A stretch of 64,000 bases of DNA from a virus (lineage: Duplodnaviria; Caudoviricetes), in IMG/VR virus record IMGVR_UViG_3300031998_000031, positions 46,940 to 110,939 of that record, one strand, 5' to 3'. How positions within the stretch are numbered: the stretch's first letter is position 1; each line of letters begins with the position of its first letter. Of this stretch, positions 1 through 10,489 are shown one piece after another. The position numbers were made by a program, and so were the translations under genes. The notes beneath the pieces were generated by a model. It did no database searches, was not told the origin of the DNA, and was given only the letters and a program-made list of their open reading frames with translations.

Positions 1-50
1 TTAATGAGTGGCGGCTTGGTCCCGATTTCGGTTTTCCATGGCTTGAGGAC

Positions 51-242
51 ATGCTGGTCAAGAACCCTAATATTCCTAAAATAAAGCAAGCTATACGTGA
101 CGAGATAATGAAAGTCGAAGGTATCGACAGTGCGTATGTCACAGATGTTGAATATGATGCTGTGAAGCGTAAAGCTTGGTTTTCCTTCAAGATAGCCGTA
201 GGTCAAGAAACGTTTGTAGAAGAGGTGGAATTATATGCCTGA
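51..242 (+). CDS. Baseplate wedge (gp25/gpW-like) protein, C-terminal part; true start probably upstream of the window
   Basis: Overlaps start of baseplate J-like gene; 'IKQAIRDEIMKVEGIDSA' pattern typical of this position. Confidence 0.55.
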   Translation: MLVKNPNIPKIKQAIRDEIMKVEGIDSAYVTDVEYDAVKRKAWFSFKIAVGQETFVEEVELYA

Positions 243-1716
243 TACTGAATACGGAATAACTTCAAGCGGCCCGAATATCAAAAGGCTTGATGTGATACTT
301 AACGAGATGCACTCTGACCTCTCTGACCGCTGGGGCGTCAATACGAGGACAAATAAGGAGTCGCTCCTCAATCATCTTTTAACCAACTTTGCCGACCAGA
401 TAGCCCAGCTCTGGGAATTTGGTGCTGAAGTCTATTATTCTCAGTATCCAGCCACTGCTGAAGGCATATCTCTCGATAATGCGGCTCAGGCTGCCGGTGT
501 CTTTAGGGAGCAGGCCTCTAAGTCGATATATCCGCTTTACTGTACTGGTATCGAGGGCACGTATCTTGATATGACTACAAGAGTGTCTTCGAGCACGAGC
601 CCTACGGTATATCTGACTATCGTTGAAGGAAGTACGATAGGTTTGGATGAGTGCTACAGTCTGGTGCTGACTATACCCGGAACGCTCGGAAGGTTTGAGA
701 GTTTTTCTGTGAGCTATCGTATGCCTTCTGGCTCAGGGGGTGCTGGCGGGTACACTGTAGGGACGAATCCTCCGCAGACTAAGATTCCAGTGCTGAGTGG
801 CCTGCTTGAGGCTATAGTACGAAGCAATCCTGATATATCCGGCGTGGTGGATATTGAGGCGGAAACATTGACGCTTGTATTCCCGCAGAATTATAAAGTA
901 ACTGTATCTTCGAATATGAGCGTTGGTGATGTGACCACTATAATCAACTTTGAGACAGACGACTATGGCGACATATATCTTCCTGATAATACTATCACCA
1001 AGATAGTAAACGGTCCCCAAGGATTTACCAGCGTAACTAATTCCGGCAACTATATCCACGGAAGCGACGCTGAAACTGATGATGAATTCAGGCAGTCATA
1101 CACGGAAAAGATTCTTAAGGAATCGAGCACGATGGCGGAATCTATCAAGGTGGCGCTGCTTAATATAAATGGCGTGTATAGCGCTGCTGTTTACCAAAAC
1201 GATGGTGATACGACAGATTCTGACGGACGTTATCCGCACAGTGTTGAAGGCGTGGTATCTTGTGAAGCTGTCCAGTCTGTATATGAAGAGGTTGCAGCGG
1301 CCATATTCAAATATAAGGCTGCTGGCATAAATACCTATGGGAACACTGCTGAAACTGTTACTGGAAATAATGGCGAGAGCATCACTGTGCGATTCACTAT
1401 ACCGACAGCGCTGTATATCTGGTGGAAACTCGATATAACCACGCGCAATGTTTCAGATGAGGTCCCCGAAGATGAGGTAAAACAGATTATCATAAGCTAT
1501 ATATCCTCACTTGCGAGCGGTTCTGTGGTAGTTCCTCAGGAGATGTTCGGAACGCTTTACTCAAGATATCCATTCATAACGTATATCGACGTCCTACTTT
1601 GTTCGACCGATAGTCCGACTCCTGCACCGAGCGGTGCAAGTTATACATACCGCAGCATTGCTCTGACCCAGCGCCAGAGGGCTGAAACAACCACAGATAT
1701 GATAAGTTTTACTTAG
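235..1716 (+). CDS. Baseplate J-like protein
   Basis: 493 aa; YGIT..G N-terminus, 'TAEGISLD', 'GSDAETDDEFRQ', 'KAAGINTYG' motifs. Confidence 0.85.
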   Translation: MPDTEYGITSSGPNIKRLDVILNEMHSDLSDRWGVNTRTNKESLLNHLLTNFADQIAQLWEFGAEVYYSQYPATAEGISLDNAAQAAGVFREQASKSIYPLYCTGIEGTYLDMTTRVSSSTSPTVYLTIVEGSTIGLDECYSLVLTIPGTLGRFESFSVSYRMPSGSGGAGGYTVGTNPPQTKIPVLSGLLEAIVRSNPDISGVVDIEAETLTLVFPQNYKVTVSSNMSVGDVTTIINFETDDYGDIYLPDNTITKIVNGPQGFTSVTNSGNYIHGSDAETDDEFRQSYTEKILKESSTMAESIKVALLNINGVYSAAVYQNDGDTTDSDGRYPHSVEGVVSCEAVQSVYEEVAAAIFKYKAAGINTYGNTAETVTGNNGESITVRFTIPTALYIWWKLDITTRNVSDEVPEDEVKQIIISYISSLASGSVVVPQEMFGTLYSRYPFITYIDVLLCSTDSPTPAPSGASYTYRSIALTQRQRAETTTDMISFT

Positions 1717-1734
1717 CGAGAATCGGAGCCTAAG

Positions 1735-2328
1735 ATGAGAAACTTTGATTATTCGAAACAACTTATAGCCGACCTTGTGGAGCAGTTTAAGGACAAGCCC
1801 AGAATAGAGGGCCTTTGCTTGACGATAGCAAAGCAGCTTCAGGATGTCTGTGACTTTTTTGAAGAACTTGATATCGAGCGCTCTGTCGATACAGCGTTTG
1901 GGGCGCAGTTGGACCTGATAGGGGCGGCTGCCGGTATCAGCAGAGACGAGGCTCTTGAGCTTGCAAGAGAATCAAGCTTCGTTTATGAGGACGATGATGA
2001 GGCTTACCGAACATATATTAAATATATGATTTCGAGAAACTCAGCCACGGGCACGTATGAGGACCTTATGAGGTCCATAAGGATGCAGTGGAACGGAGAC
2101 GTCAGTTACTCAGAGAACCCCTCTGCACCAGCCACAATCAAGCTTACGACAACAAGGTTTACAGGCAATGACATAGCAGGCCTGCTTGATGTCCCGATAG
2201 TCAAGGCTGCCGGGGTAAAGGTAGAAACCTATACGACAGCGAGTATCGACGGCAATCTTTATGTAGGGGTAAGCCTTATTCAGAGGCGAAGTGATTCTTT
2301 TACAATAGGCAGTGAAGAGGAGGAATAA
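1735..2328 (+). CDS. DUF2612-like baseplate wedge protein
   Basis: 'VDTAFGAQLDLIG', 'DDEAYR', 'KAAGV' motifs; follows baseplate J. Confidence 0.75.
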   Translation: MRNFDYSKQLIADLVEQFKDKPRIEGLCLTIAKQLQDVCDFFEELDIERSVDTAFGAQLDLIGAAAGISRDEALELARESSFVYEDDDEAYRTYIKYMISRNSATGTYEDLMRSIRMQWNGDVSYSENPSAPATIKLTTTRFTGNDIAGLLDVPIVKAAGVKVETYTTASIDGNLYVGVSLIQRRSDSFTIGSEEEE

Positions 2329-2331
2329 TCT

Positions 2332-3180
2332 ATGGCTGACAATATCCTTACTATCATGACAACGCGTGGTATTCAGATGATAACGAATTCCATAGCAGGA
2401 GATGAGGTGACGTTTACCCGTCTTGGATTCGGCGATGGGGATATGCCGCAGAATCCAGAATCCCGTACATCGCTGGTACATGAGTGCCTTTCATCGAATA
2501 TCACGGACTTTTCGAGACAGTCTAATTACGTTCGGATAAAAACGGTTTTTGACAGTACAGATGTGGCATCCACATTCAACCTGAAAGAGATAGGCGTCTT
2601 CGGCACGAGCACTGCATATCCCACAGAACAACTTATAGCGTATATCTACCAGAGCGACCTTACCGAAACGGTGCTTGGCGATTCGGACAATAAATTTCTT
2701 GAGAACGAGTTCGCTGTGCAGATTATCATAGACGCCTCAGCTCAGGTGACCGCTAATATAGAATCCTTGGTCTATGTCAGTGAGTCTGAATTTAATGCCC
2801 ACGCTTTAGATTACAACAATCCACATGGCGTTACGGCGGCGCAGATTGGCACGCAGCGCGTCAAGACCATTACGGCCACTCTTGGAGCTTCTAACTGGAA
2901 TACTGTAATCATTAGCCCGGATATTACAGTGTATGATAACTTAATCAGTTTCGGCGCACGGCCAACGCCATATAGCTCTGATTCTCCTCAGGCCATAGTT
3001 TCCTTGGCTCCGCCTCTTACGGCTAACGCCGGTGTCTATATCAACGGAGAAGATGATGCGTGGGCGTGCGTGTTTGACGCAACGATAACCATGGTCAATT
3101 CTAACTGCAATGTAACAGTTCGTGCTTCAAAAAAGCCGTCTATAGATTTGAATGTTGTAGCCACGATTATAGGGTGGTAA
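2332..3180 (+). CDS. Tail fibre / tail-collar protein (baseplate-anchoring N-terminus)
   Basis: 'TTRG..FTRLGFGDG', 'LKEIGVF', 'H..D.NNPHGVTAAQIG' motifs. Confidence 0.75.
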   Translation: MADNILTIMTTRGIQMITNSIAGDEVTFTRLGFGDGDMPQNPESRTSLVHECLSSNITDFSRQSNYVRIKTVFDSTDVASTFNLKEIGVFGTSTAYPTEQLIAYIYQSDLTETVLGDSDNKFLENEFAVQIIIDASAQVTANIESLVYVSESEFNAHALDYNNPHGVTAAQIGTQRVKTITATLGASNWNTVIISPDITVYDNLISFGARPTPYSSDSPQAIVSLAPPLTANAGVYINGEDDAWACVFDATITMVNSNCNVTVRASKKPSIDLNVVATIIGW

Positions 3181-3217
3181 TGGCACGTTATTGTAAAAAG
3201 ATTAAGGAGGATAAACA

Positions 3218-3646
3218 ATGGGCTTTATTATTCCTGTAAATTCGCCAGTCCTCTCCGTAAAAAGGGGCGGTACAGGCAACACTTCTGTGGATACTGCGCC
3301 TACATCAGGAAGCAGCAGGATGGTGACGAGCGGCGGTGTGTACACGGCGCTTAATGGTAAACAAAATACGCTCACGTTTGATGAAGCGCCGACTGCTGGC
3401 AGCAACAACCCGGTCAAGTCGGGCGGCGTAAAAACGGCGCTTGACGGAAAAGCCAATTCGGCGCACACTCACTCGGCGACCGATATTGGGTCTGGTATAT
3501 TGCAAGGCCAAGTGACGGCAAATGATGCGGCGCAGCAGCAGACTCAGATTGCTCAATTGAGAAACATCAGTATGGGGACTACGAGTTATATTCCGGGCAC
3601 TACGAACATGGCCAACGGCCAGATTTACATCCAGTATATTCTTTAA
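3218..3646 (+). CDS. Short tail fibre protein
   Basis: Two 'D.APT.GS...V.SGGV.TAL.GK' repeats, 'HTHSATDI', ends 'GQIYIQY'. Confidence 0.65.
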   Translation: MGFIIPVNSPVLSVKRGGTGNTSVDTAPTSGSSRMVTSGGVYTALNGKQNTLTFDEAPTAGSNNPVKSGGVKTALDGKANSAHTHSATDIGSGILQGQVTANDAAQQQTQIAQLRNISMGTTSYIPGTTNMANGQIYIQYIL

Positions 3647-3658
3647 GGAGGCGGACAA

Positions 3659-4915
3659 ATGCCTTTATATGTGGGGGTCGAAGGAAAGGCCAGAGAGATG
3701 GCCGCCTGTTTCGTAGGGGTCGAAGGAAAGGCCAGAGAAGTACAGGCGATTTTTGTGGGAGTCGAGGGTAAAGCTCGGTTAGTTTACTCCAGTAATATCG
3801 ACCATATCGAGTGCTACGTAAAAAAAATCGGCATAGGCCAAATGGATACAGCCGGTGTAATCACCAACATCGTTTACGATGATTATTCACAAGTGTTTGC
3901 TCACGGCGATTTACAGGTCAGCGGCAATAGCATATCCGCGCTTGGATATGCTGGATATGTAGTAGTTGCATTCATAGGGATGAATGCTGTCTATGCGAGC
4001 GGCTACAAGATGGACCTGTATAACGTTCTTGCTCAAGGTAAGACCGTAATTCTCGATGCTTCAGGCACGCTTGGTTCAGAGACCGCTCAGTATTCAGTCA
4101 GAAGCGGGATAGCCCTTGCGAACGAGACGTTATCCATTGATACGAGCGGCATGACTCCGGGAGTTGCGAGAAACACCGTCGCTCAGGTCCCACAGAACAT
4201 GTCTTCGACGTGGACGGACAGTGTCTGGAGCCAGACGTTTACCGGCATGAATGACCGCATCTATCAGGGCACCGTGCCGGGGAACGGGGCATTATCTCTT
4301 GCCCTGACTGTAAACAGGGTGAATATTGACGGAACGGATTATAACGTCGTATTTGAAGCTCTTCCGTATTGGCTGGGTAACTTGTCACACTTCTTGGTCG
4401 AATGGAATGGCGCAGCGACCTACGCGGGTTCTTCAGGCTCTTCAATCAACGATGTAACCATCGGCTCAGGGCGGAGCATCCTTCTGCAACACGGGGAATT
4501 ATCCATATCCGAATCATCCGTCTATATCAAGACGAACGAGATTACGCCGTACGTATACACCACGAATTATATTTATGGCAACATGTATGCTGTACTCAGA
4601 GATGGTTCGAGAATCGCAGTTGGTTCCCCGGCAGATATTGGTTCTTATTCGGTGGTGGCTAATCTAAACTATTCAAATTATTCCTATAATGCAGTTGCGC
4701 CCGTCCCTTATTGTTGGGGGCTTGGAGATACTTCAGCCACGAGTATTACCTCAGGAAACTTTACGCGAGTATATTCAAACGGCGGAAGTTTTGGCCTGCG
4801 GTGTATTTGTGGTATGTGGAATGGTGTAGGAACGCAGGCTTTCAACCTAAATGCAGTGAATGTTTCGTGCCATGGCAAGTCTTATCCTCTTAAGTTCTCG
4901 GACGCCGTGCAGTAG
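3659..4915 (+). CDS. Tail-associated protein
   Basis: Three N-terminal '(Y/F)VGVEGKAR' repeats; AGGAGG RBS; tail module context. Confidence 0.6.
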   Translation: MPLYVGVEGKAREMAACFVGVEGKAREVQAIFVGVEGKARLVYSSNIDHIECYVKKIGIGQMDTAGVITNIVYDDYSQVFAHGDLQVSGNSISALGYAGYVVVAFIGMNAVYASGYKMDLYNVLAQGKTVILDASGTLGSETAQYSVRSGIALANETLSIDTSGMTPGVARNTVAQVPQNMSSTWTDSVWSQTFTGMNDRIYQGTVPGNGALSLALTVNRVNIDGTDYNVVFEALPYWLGNLSHFLVEWNGAATYAGSSGSSINDVTIGSGRSILLQHGELSISESSVYIKTNEITPYVYTTNYIYGNMYAVLRDGSRIAVGSPADIGSYSVVANLNYSNYSYNAVAPVPYCWGLGDTSATSITSGNFTRVYSNGGSFGLRCICGMWNGVGTQAFNLNAVNVSCHGKSYPLKFSDAVQ

Positions 4916-5008
4916 GCGAGATAGCCAAGGTCTATTCACACATTTACACGCTTTTACACTATTATTCATCTGTTAAACGTTTTATAGTTATAATAAGGAT
5001 ATCCCAGT

Positions 5009-5063
5009 TTAAAGAGGCTTGCCGGTTTCTTACTACTCACTCCTTTTCCGGCAAGCTCTTTAA
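5009..5063 (+). promoter_or_regulatory. Long hairpin with pyrimidine-rich loop between a TATAAT box (4989-4994) and the RBS of the next gene
   Basis: TTAAAGAG(G)CTTGCCGG / CCGGCAAGCTCTTTAA inverted repeat; loop contains CTCCT. Confidence 0.55.
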
Positions 5064-5081
5064 TTTGTATAGGAGAGTCGC

Positions 5082-7028
5082 ATGAGTTGGTATAGAGGCG
5101 GTACGCCTACACAGGTTTTCAAGTTTTATCTTAAAAAGGTAACGGGAGAATGCGAAGAGGCTGAGGTCCATGTAGCGCCGTTTGACATGTCTATATTCGA
5201 TGATTTTGTCATCACGTATAGTCAGAACGGCACGACTGTCATAGAAAAGCATAAGGCTGATTGTACGGTCGACCAGAACGAGGTATCGTTCAAGTTCACG
5301 CAGCAGGAGACGTTCCTCTTCGATGCTTCCGCGCCCGCAAAGATTCAGTTCCGGGGCGTTACCGGCAAAGGCGAAGTGGCCACTACTCAGGTCCAAAAGC
5401 GCAGTGTAAAGAACGTGCTGAATGAGCAAGTCATAGGTCACGACCTTCAGATAGATGCAGGGACCGGCTCTCCGTCGGCTTCGGATGTCGATTTCGTATT
5501 CGAGGAAAAAGAATATATCGAGATGGATTTGGAGGATATAAGCGTCCTCACAGAGACCGTCCATGACAAGCTGGGCAACAGGGATATACCCGACCAGCAC
5601 CCGATATCCGCTATCACCGACCTTACAGAATCCTTGGAGGCGAGGCCGCTTAAAGAGGATACGGTATCGTCTATCACTCTTGAGGATACGACCTTTACTG
5701 TCACGATGGCGAACGGGGATACTGAGACGTTCGACCAGAAGTGGCAACCTAACACCGCGTCTCAGGAAGGCTACGTTCCTTCAAGCGAGGGCGCGGCGAA
5801 CAAGGTCTGGAAGACCGATGAGTACGGTGACCCGTCGTGGCAGGATGCTGCTCCAGAGCTTTCGGCTCAGTCGCCGATAGCGATAGTAAACGGCGATATC
5901 GTTCACGAGGACAGCAACGTTACCGCCGGAACGTATGGAGACGCAAATGCTCAGACTCCGGGGTTCGGCGGTACGTTCAAGGTCACGCGACAGACGGTGG
6001 ACGCAAAAGGACACGTCACATCGCTGTCCGAGCATACGGTCACGATACCGAACGCTGTTGCGACTGACCAGAGCGATGGTCTGATGGGAGCGACAGAACA
6101 TGCGTTGCTTTCAAGCCACGACCAGCAGATTGCAGACATCGAAGGCGTCATCCCAGTTCAAGCGACTGCTCAGAATCAGCTTGCAGATAAAGAGTTCGTA
6201 AACGATAGCATAAATACGTCCCTTGCTCACTTCAGAGGCTCATTTGCGACCTACGCAGCCCTGATGGCTGTGCAGTGGCAGACATCTAATCCGTCTGGCG
6301 CAAATTACGTCTCCAATAATGACTACGCCGTAATCGAAGAGGATGAGACGCATGCCGGGGAGTCTTGGAGGTACGTCTATGTCTTAGAGCAGGGCGGACA
6401 GAATAATGGCTGGCAGCCGCAGTACAAGATAGGCGGCGGCACAGGGGACATGGAGTCCTCTGTATATGACCCGGAAGGGACCGTGGCAGAGTCCGGCGGC
6501 ATACCCGAATATGTGGCCGAGCACGCGCAGGCTGCACTGACGTTCGACGACAACCCGCAGCCCCAGAGCGATAATCCTGTAAAATCAAGCGGCATCTACG
6601 CATCCCTTTTGAATAGGCAGGCGTCTATCTGGTCCACGACCGTTACGCTCTCTACATCGTGGTCCGGTGACGACCCTTACTCTCAGGCTATATCCGTAAG
6701 CGGGACCACCGTGAACAGTATGGTGGACATCGTTTCCGATAACGCTCTCATCGACCAGATGATTGCCGACGGCACCATGGCTATGTGGATTGAGAACGAT
6801 AACGGGAGCCTTACAGTCAAAATCACCGGCGCAGAGCTTACAGCTGCCGTGACGCTCACACTTGTCATCATAGAGATAGGTAGCGTCGCCCCGTCTCAGT
6901 ACAACAGCAGCAACGAGGTCGTGTCGCATAAGGTGACCTCAATCACGAGTGCGTCCACAGACGTAGAGTATCCGTCTGCAAAGGCGGTATGGACGCTGTT
7001 CAATTCGATAACCAATGCAAATGAGTAG
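5082..7028 (+). CDS. Acidic tail fibre / appendage scaffold protein
   Basis: 648 aa; fibre motifs 'DQHPISAIT.L', 'VDAKGHVT', 'LTFDDNP...SDNPVKSSGIY', 'YPSAKAV'. Confidence 0.65.
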   Translation: MSWYRGGTPTQVFKFYLKKVTGECEEAEVHVAPFDMSIFDDFVITYSQNGTTVIEKHKADCTVDQNEVSFKFTQQETFLFDASAPAKIQFRGVTGKGEVATTQVQKRSVKNVLNEQVIGHDLQIDAGTGSPSASDVDFVFEEKEYIEMDLEDISVLTETVHDKLGNRDIPDQHPISAITDLTESLEARPLKEDTVSSITLEDTTFTVTMANGDTETFDQKWQPNTASQEGYVPSSEGAANKVWKTDEYGDPSWQDAAPELSAQSPIAIVNGDIVHEDSNVTAGTYGDANAQTPGFGGTFKVTRQTVDAKGHVTSLSEHTVTIPNAVATDQSDGLMGATEHALLSSHDQQIADIEGVIPVQATAQNQLADKEFVNDSINTSLAHFRGSFATYAALMAVQWQTSNPSGANYVSNNDYAVIEEDETHAGESWRYVYVLEQGGQNNGWQPQYKIGGGTGDMESSVYDPEGTVAESGGIPEYVAEHAQAALTFDDNPQPQSDNPVKSSGIYASLLNRQASIWSTTVTLSTSWSGDDPYSQAISVSGTTVNSMVDIVSDNALIDQMIADGTMAMWIENDNGSLTVKITGAELTAAVTLTLVIIEIGSVAPSQYNSSNEVVSHKVTSITSASTDVEYPSAKAVWTLFNSITNANE

Positions 7029-7036
7029 AGTTTCTG

Positions 7037-7192
7037 ATGGCAAACGTTCTTTTTGAAGAAAACAGTTTGAGCGCGATAGCCTCTGCGATACGTGCAAAGA
7101 ACGGGCTTTCGACTACATATAGGCCGTCAGAGATGGCTGCTGCCATTACTGCGATTCCAAGCGGTGGCGGCGATGTAACGATAGAGCTATAA
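7037..7192 (+). CDS. 51-aa fibre module protein (AIASAIRAK..TY.PSEMA family), absent from ORF track
   Basis: MANVLFEENSLSAIASAIRAKNGLSTTYRPSEMAAAITAIPSGGGDVTIEL; homologous to N-termini of 18435 and 19013. Confidence 0.7.
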   Translation: MANVLFEENSLSAIASAIRAKNGLSTTYRPSEMAAAITAIPSGGGDVTIEL

Positions 7193-7223
7193 GGGCCATA
7201 CATAAAACAAAAAGGAGCTTTTT

Positions 7224-9989
7224 ATGGGTACATCAGATGTAGTAAGGGTCACATATGGCGGCTCTCTGATATACGTGGCGGGCGCAGATACGCAGTTCAA
7301 ACTGGATACTGCCAATAAGCGCTTGACTGAAGATGTCATCGTTAACGTCGGATATGCCGAAGATACGCATGACGCGACCATGGACGATGCCGCGCAGCTG
7401 CTATCTGGCATTACTGCTTACGCTGGCGGCTCCAAGTATACAGGTACACTTCAGGACTATACCGGCTCGATAAACGGTGGAGAAGGCTACATCCCGTACT
7501 ACAGCGGTGCGTACTATATCGAGCCTACGAGCGAGATTCAGTCGATTTCCACGTCCGGCATGTTTATGTCCAGTGACATGACCATCGGACGCGGTGCGCA
7601 GCCGTCCGGGACGCTTTCAATCCGCGCAAACGGCACGTACGATGTTACGGACTACGCGAGCGCAGCGGTCTTGGTGTCTGGCTCAGAGTATTCCTTCGGG
7701 ACCATCCCGGCTTTATCTTCCACGCCGTCTTCGCTTGTAGATTCAGGCGTAAATATCGGATATAATGCCGCCGATAGTGATTATTATTTAGCGGTCTCCT
7801 CATTGAATCTGGCAGGAAAATCAGCCTATGGATTCTATTACAAGGCGGTAGGCAGTACGTATTATACTTTTTGCGTAGTATCAGACGAGAATCCTTCACC
7901 TGTTTATTACCAAGAAGTTATCGGTGGCACCGCAAGGGGCGTTGGTGCCAAGCAATGTAGTTATGATTCGCAGAACTATCTGTTCTACGCTTCGGGGATT
8001 GGACAGATACGCGATGAATACGTCAATTCGGCATTCCCGGTCTTTGTTGCCCAAACGCAAGAGGAGGCATTAGCGTCGGGGTTCGCGGCTTACCGCGAAT
8101 TCATGAATAACACCGCAGAGAGATATTTTGAGGTGTTGATGGGCAACAAGTCCGGCAGTGTCGTATTTTCCGGGAGCGCGATACGGACGTATGCGGCATA
8201 CTATGACGCTAACATAACTGCTATTGACGCAAGCTATGCTAAGACTGTAGGGACCGCCGCGTTTTCAAACTGTTATAGCCTATGTGAAGCTAATATCCCA
8301 GTTTGCAGCCAGATTGCCGCGTATGCGTTTTATGGCTGTAGAGAGCTTTCAAGTTTAAATTGCCCAGCCGTTCAAGAGATTGGCGATTTTGCGTTTTGCG
8401 CATGTTACGCATTGAGTGCCATAAGTCTTCCAAGCTGCACAGCTATTGGAAAAGCGGCATTTGCATCCTGCACCAGCCTTGCGGATATATATATGCCCAT
8501 GGTTTCCAGTATAGCGAACGCTAATCAATCGACCAGCGGTGCTTTTTACAGTGTGGCACTTACAAGTGTTGACCTTCCCGCATGTTCGTATATAGGAAAC
8601 TATGCTTTTTGCAAGGGTCGTTCTCTTGTGAGCGTACGCGCTTCAGCATGTTCTGTGATTGGAAACTGCGCATTTCAAAGCTGTTCACTTTTAACTGATG
8701 TATATATGCCCAGTTGTGTGTCTGTGGGGATTTTTGCATTCGCGTATTGCTCTTCACTCCAGAGCATCGATTTACCTGTGTGTGCATCGGTGGCAGCGGG
8801 GGCGTTTTCGGTTTGCTCAAGGCTTGTAAGCGTAAGTATCCCGCAGTGTTCTTACGTGGGCGATAATGCGTTCGCCAATTGTTCCGCGCTCCAATCCATA
8901 GAGCTTTCCCTTTGTTCAAGACTCCTTGCTGGGGCCTTCTATAATTGTCGCTCGCTTCAGGATGTATCCATACCTTTAGTGAGGTCGATTGGACAAAGCG
9001 CATTCTGGAGCGACGCAGCCTTGTCTCGCATCGAGGCTCCTCTTTGCAATACGCTTGATTTTTTTGCATTCACGTATTGCTCAATGCTTGAATATGTAAG
9101 CATGCCTGAGCTTCTGGCTACATCCAGCGGGACTAATTGGAGTACTGGCGCGTTCGCATCGACCGGCATATCGAGCGTTGAATTTCCTGCTTTGATGAAA
9201 GTAAATGCCTACACATTTGCTTCATGCAAGAGTTTGCAGCAGATATCTTTGCAGTGCTGTGACGCTATTATGGGAAGTTGTGCATTTCAGTCCTGTACAT
9301 CACTTGAGAGCGTGTATCTATTTGGAAATAGCGTGGCTTCGCTGTCAGCAGTGAACGCGTTTGCCAGTACGCCGATGTCTCTGAGTTCTTATCTCGGCCA
9401 CTTTGGCTCGATATTCGTTCCGTCAGATGTATATGCCTCCTATTTGACTGCTCAATACTGGTCGACATATTCATCGCGGCTGGTATCGTGCCCGGTAACT
9501 TACGGGAGCAACATAAGCCCGTTCGACGGGGAGGTCACCTTAGAGAATCCTCGCAACGTCACGCTTGTGTCGGCATCTTCTACGGATAATGTCTGGAATA
9601 TATCGCTCTCGGTCGTTACACAGAGCAGTGAGCATGAGGGCGTCAGCATTCCCTTGACCAATAACAGAGAGTCTGGCAAGTGGTATCGTCTGGACTTTGA
9701 CGTATTGATACCATCGGGGACGTCGATAAATGCAAATGCGAACAGACCAATCTTGGCCATCATTGCCCATAGTATTACCACCCAAGGTAATACCGCTTAT
9801 TATCAAAGCCCTGTTTATGCGACAGATACCTTTACGGCAGGGACGCCGAAGCACTATAGTCTTACCGTAAGCGGTGACGCGGATAAGAGCCTGATTCTTT
9901 ATCTTGCCGGTATAGCAGATGGTCAGACCAAGACCATCGAGATTACCAACATAACCATGTACGAGAAGACGGTAACATTACCGTCGTAA
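7224..9989 (+). CDS. BspA/TpLRR leucine-rich-repeat protein 1 with fibre-type N-terminal modules and an extra C-terminal domain
   Basis: 921 aa; many ~22-aa 'L..I.LP.C..IG..AF..C' repeats; cap 'GSIFVPS....Y.TA.YW'. Confidence 0.85.
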   Translation: MGTSDVVRVTYGGSLIYVAGADTQFKLDTANKRLTEDVIVNVGYAEDTHDATMDDAAQLLSGITAYAGGSKYTGTLQDYTGSINGGEGYIPYYSGAYYIEPTSEIQSISTSGMFMSSDMTIGRGAQPSGTLSIRANGTYDVTDYASAAVLVSGSEYSFGTIPALSSTPSSLVDSGVNIGYNAADSDYYLAVSSLNLAGKSAYGFYYKAVGSTYYTFCVVSDENPSPVYYQEVIGGTARGVGAKQCSYDSQNYLFYASGIGQIRDEYVNSAFPVFVAQTQEEALASGFAAYREFMNNTAERYFEVLMGNKSGSVVFSGSAIRTYAAYYDANITAIDASYAKTVGTAAFSNCYSLCEANIPVCSQIAAYAFYGCRELSSLNCPAVQEIGDFAFCACYALSAISLPSCTAIGKAAFASCTSLADIYMPMVSSIANANQSTSGAFYSVALTSVDLPACSYIGNYAFCKGRSLVSVRASACSVIGNCAFQSCSLLTDVYMPSCVSVGIFAFAYCSSLQSIDLPVCASVAAGAFSVCSRLVSVSIPQCSYVGDNAFANCSALQSIELSLCSRLLAGAFYNCRSLQDVSIPLVRSIGQSAFWSDAALSRIEAPLCNTLDFFAFTYCSMLEYVSMPELLATSSGTNWSTGAFASTGISSVEFPALMKVNAYTFASCKSLQQISLQCCDAIMGSCAFQSCTSLESVYLFGNSVASLSAVNAFASTPMSLSSYLGHFGSIFVPSDVYASYLTAQYWSTYSSRLVSCPVTYGSNISPFDGEVTLENPRNVTLVSASSTDNVWNISLSVVTQSSEHEGVSIPLTNNRESGKWYRLDFDVLIPSGTSINANANRPILAIIAHSITTQGNTAYYQSPVYATDTFTAGTPKHYSLTVSGDADKSLILYLAGIADGQTKTIEITNITMYEKTVTLPS

Positions 9990-10001
9990 CGGTGGAGCAT
10001 C

Positions 10002-10478
10002 ATGATTAGAGGCAATACTATAACCATAATAAGCAGCGGCATTACGCCATCTGGCAGCCTGAGCATCACGGAGAACGGGGCGTATGATGTAATGTCATAC
10101 GCCAGCGCGATAGTAAGCGTTCCGGGCATAGATACGTCGGACGCCACGCTGTCGTCCGGGTGGCAGATGCTGTCCGGCATTACGGCTTATGCCAGCGGTA
10201 TAAAATACACTGGTACGTTGGAAGACTACATGGGGTCCGTAAACAGCGGCTCTTGGAGCGCTCCGATTTACTCTGGCTCATACAGGATAACGCCGACGGA
10301 TGCGACGCAATCTTTCCCGACGGCGGGAATGTTTATGACCTACGACCTGATAGTGAATCCGGCGCAGGGCACGGCGCTGAAGACCCACGAGGATTCCGTA
10401 TTCGACTTTAACGAATGGACGAGGGGCAATGCGTCCGCCTTTTGGCCTAATACTACTGTTGGCGAGCTTACTGTTTAG
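10002..10478 (+). CDS. Fibre-module protein without LRRs
   Basis: Contains 'GSLSITENG.YDV..YAS', 'DATLSSG.QMLSGITAYASG.KYTG' and 'YSGSY.ITP....Q' modules. Confidence 0.7.
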   Translation: MIRGNTITIISSGITPSGSLSITENGAYDVMSYASAIVSVPGIDTSDATLSSGWQMLSGITAYASGIKYTGTLEDYMGSVNSGSWSAPIYSGSYRITPTDATQSFPTAGMFMTYDLIVNPAQGTALKTHEDSVFDFNEWTRGNASAFWPNTTVGELTV

Positions 10479-10489
10479 GAGGGTGAGAT

